DNA of 28,489 nucleotides, taken from the IMG/VR virus record IMGVR_UViG_3300017971_000019, positions 64,001 through 92,489 of that record; one strand, 5' to 3'. This document shows, piece after piece, positions 5,834-12,877 of this stretch. The stretch is from a virus. Taxonomy: Duplodnaviria; Heunggongvirae; Uroviricota; Caudoviricetes. The notes under the pieces are model-generated. The model did no database searches, was not told the origin of the DNA, and saw only the letters and a list, made by a program, of their open reading frames with translations. Each line of letters begins with the position of its first letter. Position 1 is the first letter of the stretch. The position numbers were made by a program, and so were the translations under genes.

Positions 5834-5911
5834 TGGTGCGAGCGGGGAGAGTCGAACTCCCAAGCGACTGGTTCTAAGCCAGCCAGGTATGCCAGTTCCC
5901 TTCACGCTCGC
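5834..5911 (-). tRNA. tRNA-Leu(TAG), short variable arm
   Basis: GCTGG-CTTAGAA-CCAGT; variable region CGCTT; A73; CCA. Confidence 0.88.
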
Positions 5912-5912
5912 A

Positions 5913-5989
5913 TGGTCCCACCGAGAGGATTCGAACCTCCACTGTCAGGAATCTCAGTCCTGTTCCTCTGCCAGTTGGGATACGGTGGG
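5913..5989 (-). tRNA. tRNA-Leu(GAG), short variable arm
   Basis: CAGGA-CTGAGAT-TCCTG; variable region ACAGT; A73; CCA. Confidence 0.88.
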
Positions 5990-6178
5990 TTTGTGAGACG
6001 GTGCGCACTTGAAGCAGATGCGTACCCTCTCGCCGTTACGTCTTGTCCTGTCGGAGCACCCGTTGCAGACGGGCCTTCCACAGTACGTGCAGCGTACCCT
6101 GGTCTTCCTCTTGAAGAAGTAGTCGCCAGGATTCGCTATACAGAGTGCGCTCTTGATCGCGCACGGTTCCGCCTTCAT
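5954..6178 (-). CDS. Small Cys-rich zinc-finger-like protein
   Basis: CTYC, CNGC and CFKC pairs plus two N-terminal Cys. Fills the 190-nt gap between tRNAs. Stop inside tRNA-Leu(GAG). Confidence 0.65.
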   Translation of the reverse strand: MKAEPCAIKSALCIANPGDYFFKRKTRVRCTYCGRPVCNGCSDRTRRNGERVRICFKCAPSHKPTVSQLAEEQD

Positions 6179-6180
6179 GT

Positions 6181-6256
6181 TGGTCCCCCCGGAAGGATTC
6201 GAACCTTCACCTCAACGGTTAAGAGCCGCGTATGCCATCCGTAACACCTCGGAGGG
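6181..6256 (-). tRNA. tRNA-Lys(CTT)
   Basis: GCGG-CTCTTAA-CCGT; CCA. Confidence 0.92.
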
Positions 6257-6257
6257 A

Positions 6258-6332
6258 TGGAGCCCCTGCCGGGAATCGAACCCAGACTGACTGCTTACCA
6301 AGCAGTTGTGCTTCCGTTATCACTACAAGGGC
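6258..6332 (-). tRNA. tRNA-Thr(GGT)
   Basis: ACTGC-TTGGTAA-GCAGT; CCA. Confidence 0.95.
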
Positions 6333-6334
6333 AT

Positions 6335-6423
6335 TGGTGGAGCAGGAGGGATTCGAACTCTCAAGTGTCCTTGGGACTCCGGGGTTACAGCCCGGTGCCG
6401 GCACCAGTTCCGGCGTCTGCTCC
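6335..6423 (-). tRNA. tRNA-Tyr(GTA)
   Basis: CCGGG-CTGTAAC-CCCGG; long variable arm; CCA. Confidence 0.95.
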
Positions 6424-6424
6424 A

Positions 6425-6499
6425 TGGAGCGGTCGGCGGGACTCGAACCCGCACCACAAGGCTTGGAAGGCCCGCTGCTGCCAGTTACACCACGACCGC
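6425..6499 (-). tRNA. tRNA-Gly(TCC)
   Basis: GGGC-CTTCCAA-GCCT; U73; CCA. Confidence 0.95.
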
Positions 6500-6502
6500 T
6501 CG

Positions 6503-6554
6503 CGGGGGCATTGCGCCCCCGTTACGTCTTTGAACGAACCAGGTTGTCAAAGAC
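6503..6554 (-). other. Two RNA hairpins in the Trp-Gly spacer
   Basis: CGGGGGC/GCCCCCG 7-bp stem (6503-6521) and GTCTTTGA/TCAAAGAC 8-bp stem (6526-6554). Confidence 0.7.
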
Positions 6555-6574
6555 CACGCGGCATCTATGGCCGA

Positions 6575-6648
6575 TGGCGGGCTCGCCAGGATTCGAACCT
6601 GGGTCTTCGGTTTTGGAGACCGAAATGCTTCCGCTACACCACGAACCC
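6575..6648 (-). tRNA. tRNA-Trp(CCA)
   Basis: TCGGT-CTCCAAA-ACCGA; G73; CCA. First tRNA of the array. Confidence 0.95.
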
Positions 6649-6676
6649 ATCACGCCTCACAGGATACCAGATCCTG

Positions 6677-6871
6677 TCAAGTCGTGGTTGTGTAGTACGG
6701 GCCGAGTCGGTTCGGGGTGAGTTCCAGTTCCTTGACAGCCGCAGCCTTGGCCTCCTTCTCGGTGGGGCCGGTCCCAGCCACCTCTGCGACGTAGACGCCG
6801 ACGGTCTTACCGGACAAGACCTTCGTCACATGGACGTTCAGCTTCACGACGAAGCCACTCTGCTCTTCCAT
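6677..6871 (-). CDS. Hypothetical protein
   Basis: 64 aa; abuts the upstream stop; SD GGAGGAG; phage-like codon usage. Confidence 0.75.
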   Translation of the reverse strand: MEEQSGFVVKLNVHVTKVLSGKTVGVYVAEVAGTGPTEKEAKAAAVKELELTPNRLGPYYTTTT

Positions 6872-7588
6872 CTACTCCTCCTTCAGTGAGATCTTCCTCT
6901 TCTTCCGGCCTTCTGCCGGCGGGATCTTCTTCTTGGGCGCGATCCTCTTCGGGATCGGGTTCACTTCTTGCGGCATCGTGCCAGTGCGGCGCAGTGTCTC
7001 CTCGTCCCAGATGGCCTGCGTCGATGGCGCGTAGAAATCTTCTTCGTTCCAGTGCCATACGTTGGTCTGGGTTGAGTACCTCTGCTGCCTCGCTACAAAC
7101 CGTGCGTAGTCGTCCTCTGCGCGTCGCGCAGCCTCACGCTCCGCGTTCGCGGCGCCGACCTCCAGCGCCTCCTCTGCACGCGCAACACCCAGGAGGCGCT
7201 CCAGGTACTCGATCTGGGACTCGCCTTCACGGTGCCTGTGGAGCCCGGACTCAATGATGCTCATCATGCGCTGTTCGTAATGGGCCGCGTCGATGGGGTG
7301 CCTGCGCTGGAACTCCAGTACAGCCTCGTTGCTCTCCTCTGAGAGGCGGTTCCAGGCCTCCATGGTCCCGCGCTCCACGTAGTAGGCTCTCTCCTCGGTC
7401 ACGGCGAACCTGTCGAAGATTCGCACAGACAGGCTCTGTACGGGAGAGATGTCCAGGGTGTCAGACGGGTCGTATGCGGTGGCAGCGGTGATAGGATCCT
7501 CATCCTGGATTCGAAGCTCCATCGGAGGTGGGTCAGGTACAGTCGTGTCCCTCTGGAAGCCGTTTCTCCCCGTCAGCCTTGCCAGCAT
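6872..7588 (-). CDS. Hypothetical protein with basic C-terminal tail
   Basis: 238 aa; SD GAGGGAG; ends GRKKRKISLKEE. Confidence 0.8.
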   Translation of the reverse strand: MLARLTGRNGFQRDTTVPDPPPMELRIQDEDPITAATAYDPSDTLDISPVQSLSVRIFDRFAVTEERAYYVERGTMEAWNRLSEESNEAVLEFQRRHPIDAAHYEQRMMSIIESGLHRHREGESQIEYLERLLGVARAEEALEVGAANAEREAARRAEDDYARFVARQQRYSTQTNVWHWNEEDFYAPSTQAIWDEETLRRTGTMPQEVNPIPKRIAPKKKIPPAEGRKKRKISLKEE

Positions 7589-8099
7589 CTGTCTCCCTCT
7601 GTAGATGCATCAGTACCAGGTCGATGTCCATCTTGGTCTTGCACAGCGACCTGAGTCTTAGCTGTTCGTACTTCTCAGCCCCCAGGAACCGAATGCAGAA
7701 GTCCCTGTGGGCCTCGTGATCGTTCGTTAGTCGGATGTGACAACCGGGGCAACCAGGAGCCCCGTTGTCGAGGTCGAACCGGATGTGAGGGTACTTCCCC
7801 TTCGGGAAGAGGTGCATCGCCTGCAACCCTCTCGTCGTCCCACACACCGCACACGCCCCAGTGGGTCTGGCCTTCTTGTAGATCAGATGCCGCCATAGGT
7901 CGTTCGCCCTCGTCATCTTCTGACGCCGCTCGTTCTGAGTCGGCGTTCGGTACTTCTTCTTCTTCCGTCCCGACAGCGGCTTCGTGATCCCATCGCAGTG
8001 GATGCACAAGAAACGACTGCGCCGCCCGCCTTCTGGCCTATCCTTGATCCATAGAACGTCCTTCTTGCAGCGTGGACAGTACCGAGGCATCTTCGGCAT
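7533..8099 (-). CDS. NinG/Rap-like recombination endonuclease with N-terminal zinc ribbon
   Basis: CAVCG...LQAMH..PKG..PHIRFDLDNG...CPGCH matches the NinG HNH-like pattern. CPRC/CIHC at the N-terminus. TGATG coupling at 8099. Confidence 0.8.
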   Translation of the reverse strand: MPKMPRYCPRCKKDVLWIKDRPEGGRRSRFLCIHCDGITKPLSGRKKKKYRTPTQNERRQKMTRANDLWRHLIYKKARPTGACAVCGTTRGLQAMHLFPKGKYPHIRFDLDNGAPGCPGCHIRLTNDHEAHRDFCIRFLGAEKYEQLRLRSLCKTKMDIDLVLMHLQRETDAGKADGEKRLPEGHDCT

Positions 8100-8179
8100 C
8101 AGCGCCTCTTCAGCCACCCGAGAAGGGCCAAGAGTACAGCCGCCAGGACGCAGAGTCCGCCGTCCGCGCAGCCCCTCAT
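8099..8179 (-). CDS. 26-aa membrane micro-protein
   Basis: MRGCADGGLCVLAAVLLALLGWLKRR*; ATGA overlap upstream and TGATG overlap downstream. Confidence 0.6.
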   Translation of the reverse strand: MRGCADGGLCVLAAVLLALLGWLKRR

Positions 8180-8340
8180 TGTCCGTAGGGCTCCCACGGC
8201 TTCGGGTGCTCCCTCCTGCGCTTGTACGCCTGGCGGAGCTTCTCCGCGACCTCCTCCTCGCGCTTCTTCTCCTCCTCGGCCCGCTTCTTCATGCGCTCCT
8301 CGAAGCGCTTCATCTTCTCGTCCATGGTCAACTCGGTCAT
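8176..8340 (-). CDS. 54-aa charged coiled-coil protein
   Basis: MTELTMDEKMKRFEERMKKRAEEEKKREEE...; ATGA-coupled on both sides; below the ORF-track cutoff. Confidence 0.75.
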   Translation of the reverse strand: MTELTMDEKMKRFEERMKKRAEEEKKREEEVAEKLRQAYKRRREHPKPWEPYGQ

Positions 8341-8849
8341 AGGGGCCTCTTGCACTCGGGGCAGATGTTGGACTCGGTGATCGCTCCACCCCTAGGCTGG
8401 TCGGCTGCGGTCATGCTGAACTCCTTCGCCTCGAAGCCCCAGTCTAGGAGCTTGTCGGCCTCGAACTCGTTCGCCAGCATGTCGAAGTCCCACTCGCCCT
8501 GGTTCTTGTTCAGGCGGATGGCTAGCTCCTCCCGCTCCCCATCGGTGAGGGGTCGGTTGGGCATCCGCACGTCCACTACGGCGCTCTCGTCCACCAGCAT
8601 CCGGTGGAGCATGACACGTCGTCTCTGGTGTCCCCCGATGATCGTCTTCCCGTCGTAGTCCACGACGATGGGCTCGACGTAGTCGAACTTCCCGAGGGAG
8701 GCTCGGAGGTCATCGGCTTGCTTGGCGGTAAGCTTCCGTGGGTTCTTGTCCCACTCGATCATGTCACCGAGGGGCTTCCGCTCTGTGTGCCAGGTGAGAG
8801 GCTCCAGCGGCTCCTCTTCAGGGTCCAACGACGTTACCTCTGTTGACAT
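8337..8849 (-). CDS. ParB N-terminal (ParB/Srx) domain protein
   Basis: WDKNPRKL...LRASL.KFDYVEPIVV...IIGGHQR..., then LNKNQGEWDFDMLANEF and a C-terminal CPEC. Confidence 0.88.
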   Translation of the reverse strand: MSTEVTSLDPEEEPLEPLTWHTERKPLGDMIEWDKNPRKLTAKQADDLRASLGKFDYVEPIVVDYDGKTIIGGHQRRRVMLHRMLVDESAVVDVRMPNRPLTDGEREELAIRLNKNQGEWDFDMLANEFEADKLLDWGFEAKEFSMTAADQPRGGAITESNICPECKRPL

Positions 8850-9027
8850 CCACCTCTCCCTTCCCTTCGCAGTACTCACACTGGTACTGCTCCTGCTCCG
8901 GGCACCGCCTCATGCACATCTCATCGGTGCCGTCACACGCGTGAACGTCACGAGCGAACCAGCCTCGCCCGTCGCACATCGGGCATTCTATCAAGGTCAG
9001 ATCTTCTTCGTTCACGGGTCCCCTCAC
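8818..9027 (-). CDS. DnaJ-type zinc-finger protein
   Basis: CPMCDGRG and CEYCEGKG (CxxCxGxG twice); GTGA overlap with the radical SAM stop. Confidence 0.75.
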   Translation of the reverse strand: MRGPVNEEDLTLIECPMCDGRGWFARDVHACDGTDEMCMRRCPEQEQYQCEYCEGKGEVDVNRGNVVGP

Positions 9028-9890
9028 ATTAGGATGGCACCGGGGTACTGCCAGTCGTACCGGAGGTGCCCGTCCGGGAAAAAGATCGCCTGGCGGATCC
9101 TGTCGCCCTTGGGGAGCGTGAGGCAGTCAGTGAGGCAGACGTTCTGCCCGTACACGTCGTAGACCTCAGCCCCGTGCTGGAGCTTCAGGACCATCGTGCC
9201 GTTGGTTCTGATGTGCTTCCGAACCAGCGCCACCCTGGCCTCGCTCAGCGAGTGTGCCCTCGTCCAGTCCGCCTCCTTCTGGCTGCGGGAGTGGTTTGCC
9301 ACCGCCACTGGCCGCAGGGAGAGTTGCTCCACCTCGTTCTGGCGTGCGAACTCGATGAGGGCTTCCACCTCGAAGGAACTGTCAATCCCGCCGGCCAGCA
9401 TGACCACCGAGAGCCGAACGCTGAGACCGGCGTCGTGGATCTTCTTGATGAGGTCCGCCAGGTTCGGGTACTCGTAGCCGGGACGGTGCCCGAGGTAGAC
9501 CTTCTGGTTGATGTCCCTCTTGTAGCTGGCGATGGAGAGCGCCACGGTCGTGAGCCCGCGCTCCCTCATCATTGGCAACCCGACGTAGTCGTCTTCAGCC
9601 ATCTTTAGGCCGTTCGTCTGAAGCTCCACGAACGGGAAGAAGTGCCCGACGTTGTCGAGGTAGTCGAGTAGCTGTCTGGGGTACAGGGTGGGCTCACCCT
9701 TGCCGGTGAGTATCACCGTGCTCACGTTCATGTTGTGAGCGAACTGGATGGCCTTCGCCAGGCGTGGCCCGTTGATCTCGGGCTCTTCCGGCGTGACGCC
9801 AAGGGGTGGCGTCATCTTCGACACACAGAAGGGGCAGGACGCGTTACACGCCGCACCCCCCACCACCAGGCTCAGGGTCTCTATCTTCAT
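9024..9890 (-). CDS. Radical SAM protein
   Basis: CNASCPFC (CxxxCxxC), ILTGKGEPTL and ELQTNG motifs. Confidence 0.92.
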   Translation of the reverse strand: MKIETLSLVVGGAACNASCPFCVSKMTPPLGVTPEEPEINGPRLAKAIQFAHNMNVSTVILTGKGEPTLYPRQLLDYLDNVGHFFPFVELQTNGLKMAEDDYVGLPMMRERGLTTVALSIASYKRDINQKVYLGHRPGYEYPNLADLIKKIHDAGLSVRLSVVMLAGGIDSSFEVEALIEFARQNEVEQLSLRPVAVANHSRSQKEADWTRAHSLSEARVALVRKHIRTNGTMVLKLQHGAEVYDVYGQNVCLTDCLTLPKGDRIRQAIFFPDGHLRYDWQYPGAILM

Positions 9891-10020
9891 CTCTCTCCCT
9901 CACGTATGGCCACACAGGCCAGTCTTCTATCGCTGGGCATTCACAGTCGTAGACGTGCATCTGGTGCTCGGTACACCAGTAGTCTTCGCACATCTCGCAC
10001 TTGACCCAGCAGGGCTTCAC
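9844..10020 (-). CDS. Small Cys/His-rich hypothetical protein
   Basis: CEMCEDYWCTEHQMHVYDCECP; GTGA coupling at 10020. Confidence 0.6.
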   Translation of the reverse strand: MKPCWVKCEMCEDYWCTEHQMHVYDCECPAIEDWPVWPYVRERDEDRDPEPGGGGCGV

Positions 10021-10271
10021 TTCCACCACTCCCACCATCGCCGCTTTGGCTGGTAGGGAATGTAGACCCCCTCCATCTGCGCTCGCGTGGCTGCCTTGAG
10101 TGCAGACGCTTCCAGTCTGCGCTCGTACTCGGCGTCTCCCAGGACTGATCTGAACAACTCCTCTTCGGTCATTGTCACATTGACGTACCTGCCCGTTGCC
10201 TCATGGAAGGTAACCGTAGTCATCTCAGGCTTGCGGCCAGTTGACACAGCGACAGTATCAGTAAATATCAT
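10017..10271 (-). CDS. Hypothetical protein
   Basis: ATGA-coupled at both ends. Confidence 0.7.
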   Translation of the reverse strand: MIFTDTVAVSTGRKPEMTTVTFHEATGRYVNVTMTEEELFRSVLGDAEYERRLEASALKAATRAQMEGVYIPYQPKRRWWEWWK

Positions 10272-10993
10272 CGTCCGCCTCCCTGGAGGGCCTTGACCGT
10301 GGGGCAGGGCCACTCGGGCTTGTCCTCCGCCACCTCAGCATCAGTAGCGCACCCTCGACAACGCTGCTTGCCATCCCAGTAGACAGGCGTGTGCAGTGCC
10401 AGCGCCGCCTCGATCTTGGCCTTCAGGCCAGCATTGAGCGTGATAGCCTTGCCCTTTTGCTGGCGCAGCCGCGACACAAGGTCACCACAAGCGTGTAGCC
10501 TCTGATCCCTGTCGGCTATCTCGACCCGCAGCCGCTCGATCTCCTCTTGCAGTGGTTTCGTTTGCTCGCAAACCGAGTGCCCGTGAACGCCGACCTTGAT
10601 CCAGTCCTGGGCCTCGTCGCTCATGCGGTCCAGAATCTCTCGACAGGCACCATATGGATCTTTTTCCCACCTGCCTCCGACCTTCTTCACCACCCGCACC
10701 CACTCGGCGTCTCGCTCCCGCAGCCGCTCGATCTCCTGTCCAGCCTCCGTCCACTTCTCGTAGTAGGGATGAGAAGACTCAGCCTCCTCTCGCAACCGCT
10801 CGTTCTCCTCCTCGGCCTTGACCGCTCGCCGCTCGTACTGCTTGCACGCATCGGCCAGGTTCTCGTTGTTGGCAAGGTGACCCCGGTTCTCAGCCCGCAG
10901 CCGCTCGTTCTCCTCCTCCAACCTCCGCACGTTCTTCAAGAGGTGGGGACAGTCGTGTACATGGTCATCACACAAGACAACCTCACTCGGCAT
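10268..10993 (-). CDS. Coiled-coil repeat (Ead/Ea22-like) protein
   Basis: Repeated E(N/I)ERLR modules; C-terminal CRGC...WPCPTVKAL; SD GGAGG before ATG 10993. Confidence 0.75.
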   Translation of the reverse strand: MPSEVVLCDDHVHDCPHLLKNVRRLEEENERLRAENRGHLANNENLADACKQYERRAVKAEEENERLREEAESSHPYYEKWTEAGQEIERLRERDAEWVRVVKKVGGRWEKDPYGACREILDRMSDEAQDWIKVGVHGHSVCEQTKPLQEEIERLRVEIADRDQRLHACGDLVSRLRQQKGKAITLNAGLKAKIEAALALHTPVYWDGKQRCRGCATDAEVAEDKPEWPCPTVKALQGGGR

Positions 10994-11477
10994 CGTCACC
11001 TCCCGGCAAAATCCGAACATTTCCAGACAGTCCCCAAGGCTTCCGGTCGTCTCCCCGGAGGGCCTTGACCAAAGCCACACCTACTCCCGCCATTGGCTGG
11101 TCCCGCGTCTTGAGCCTCTCTGCAATCGCCAGCGCCGCCTTGTTCTTGGCCTCGGCTTGCGTTGCCCGGTACAGCACGTCTGAGAAATCCTCGGCTCCTT
11201 CGATGGCCCTCAGTCGCTCGTTCTCCTCGGTCGCCCGCTTCAGCTTCCATCCCTGCTCGAAGTGGATCTCCTCGTTGGCATCAACCTTGGCCCGCAGCCG
11301 CTCGACCTGGTCCAACACCCGGTCGTACTCCTCGACAGCCACACAACCATCGTTGCACTCTGCCTTGTCGAGTCGGGCCAGCACCTCACGGATGTCGTCG
11401 CAGTTGTCGCACGTTCCGGGCTCGCAGTCGTCGATGTACTGCTTCAACCTCTCCACCGCGTCACTCATCGTTCGCAT
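10983..11477 (-). CDS. Coiled-coil repeat protein, paralogous modules to its neighbour
   Basis: ERLR modules and AALA...VKAL(R/Q)G(D/G) shared with 10268..10993. Confidence 0.7.
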   Translation of the reverse strand: MRTMSDAVERLKQYIDDCEPGTCDNCDDIREVLARLDKAECNDGCVAVEEYDRVLDQVERLRAKVDANEEIHFEQGWKLKRATEENERLRAIEGAEDFSDVLYRATQAEAKNKAALAIAERLKTRDQPMAGVGVALVKALRGDDRKPWGLSGNVRILPGGDDAE

Positions 11478-11524
11478 CCTCTGGAATCGGCTGCGGCTCG
11501 CAGCCCTCGAACATCACCAACTGG

Positions 11525-12877
11525 TCAGTCGTCTTCTGGATCGTCGTTCTGGGAGAGCCCTCTGTCCTCGAATCGGTAGCACTCTCCTCGGTAGACGACT
11601 GGGACCTTCCCTTCCGATCCCGCTCGTGTCTTGTCGCAGATGATCCAAGAGTCCGTGATGTACGTCTCGTCATCGACCTCCTCCTTCTCGTGCCAGATCA
11701 GCATGACGACCTCGGCGGGGTTCACGATGTCCTTCGACTCGCGGACCATGTCCTTGCTGGGCCTCTCCCCCTTCGGCGGTGGGTTCAACTGCCCGGTCAA
11801 GACCACAGCCACACCTAGGTGCTTCGAGATGGCCCGGAGGCCCTCGGCCACGTCCTTGACCTCTAGGTAGCGTGGGCGGTTCCGCTTCTCTGAGGCGCTG
11901 GGAGCCGCCACCTGGGCGTGATCCACGGCGATCATGTCGATGGGACCGCCCCTCATGGTCTCGGTCAGAATCGCCTGTCTGATGCCCTCTACGCTCATAG
12001 GCTCGCCGTAGATGATCTTCCCTGCCCCAGAGGTAACAATTGCCATTTGAGCGGCCAGGAGAGCCTCCTGGGCCTCCTGACGGCGATCCTCGTTGAAGGA
12101 CCGGAGCTTCCAGCGGGAGACCCCAGCCTTCCGCTCCACATCTCGGATGAACACGTCCACCGGGTCCACCTCCATGGAGAACATGATGGCCCGCTTACCC
12201 CTCCTGACAGCCTCGTCGCACATCTGGGAGGCGAGGGCTGTCTTCCCGCTCCCGGTGCTCCCAAGGATGACATGAAGCTGTCCGGGGCGCAGACCACCAC
12301 CCAGCTTCCGGTCCAGGCGGGTTAGTCCGGTTGGGATCGAGCCCTCGGCTGGGCCGGCGGCTAGCTGGTCGAAGTACGCAGAGACCTCGGACCCGAGATC
12401 CTGGTACTCCGCACGGTTGTTGGTAACGTCCGACCTGGCGGCGATGTCGATGGAGAGGCGAGCGATCCTGCCGTCCAGATCTTCCACGTCACCGTCTGGG
12501 GACTTGAGTTGCTCCTTGCACTCGGTTGCGATGGCTCTCATGTCTTCAATCGCTCTGCGCATTGTGCCCCGGCGATGCACTCTCTGCGCAGCAACTACAA
12601 GTGAGGTGAGCCTCGGAACATCGAGAAGCTTGGCCAGGTACGCCATCAGGTTGTTGCGTGCTTCTGGGTCGTCTGTTGCCCTGCGGGCTATGGCGACGGC
12701 GTCGATCTCTTCGAGTGACGCTCCTTCGTTCAGCATTCCAACCACTACACGCCAGACCGCGCCGAGCTTCCTGTCCTCGAAGTCGGATGGGTCTACGTAC
12801 TTCGCTGCCTCCGGGGCAAGCTGAGGGCTAACGATAGCGCCGGCCACCAGCATCACCTCGGGGTCGTTGTAGTTCAT
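11525..12877 (-). CDS. dnaB: DnaB-like replicative helicase
   Basis: Walker A GSTGSGKT, FSMEV, IAVDHAQ, VLTGQLN, VRESKDI and DKTRAG; N-terminal DnaB helical domain. Confidence 0.93.
   Translation of the reverse strand: MNYNDPEVMLVAGAIVSPQLAPEAAKYVDPSDFEDRKLGAVWRVVVGMLNEGASLEEIDAVAIARRATDDPEARNNLMAYLAKLLDVPRLTSLVVAAQRVHRRGTMRRAIEDMRAIATECKEQLKSPDGDVEDLDGRIARLSIDIAARSDVTNNRAEYQDLGSEVSAYFDQLAAGPAEGSIPTGLTRLDRKLGGGLRPGQLHVILGSTGSGKTALASQMCDEAVRRGKRAIMFSMEVDPVDVFIRDVERKAGVSRWKLRSFNEDRRQEAQEALLAAQMAIVTSGAGKIIYGEPMSVEGIRQAILTETMRGGPIDMIAVDHAQVAAPSASEKRNRPRYLEVKDVAEGLRAISKHLGVAVVLTGQLNPPPKGERPSKDMVRESKDIVNPAEVVMLIWHEKEEVDDETYITDSWIICDKTRAGSEGKVPVVYRGECYRFEDRGLSQNDDPEDD

Larger units (their letters stand above)
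2606..6547. repeat. 15-bp inverted repeat pair ACAACCTGGTTCGTT (2606-2620) / AACGAACCAGGTTGT (6533-6547)
   Basis: Exact reverse complements, each at the apex of a spacer hairpin just inside the outermost tRNA at each end of the array. Confidence 0.75.

Noticed and set aside
2501-6648. Stop-codon recoding
   Set aside because: No CUA, UUA or UCA tRNA was found, and TAG, TGA and TAA all terminate genes at sensible coupled junctions.
6649-6680. TTGACA on the minus strand as the -35 of the tRNA array promoter (also at 6545-6550)
   Set aside because: No -10 hexamer at 16-18 bp spacing, and the implied start would fall inside tRNA-Trp. The sequence is better explained as the ACAGGAT/ATCCTGT hairpin right after the upstream stop.
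2620-6889. Numerous long ORFs on both strands across the tRNA array (e.g. 5220..5996, 6257..6889, 3990..4499, 3553..3897)
   Set aside because: They are read-throughs of stacked GC-rich tRNA genes, with recurring GFEP/RTRT-type translations of T-arms and no SD or protein motifs.
11461-11530. DQLVMFEG peptide resembling a beta-clamp-binding motif in a frame overlapping the dnaB stop
   Set aside because: No supported start codon or SD for that frame, and the match to QL[S/D]LF is weak.
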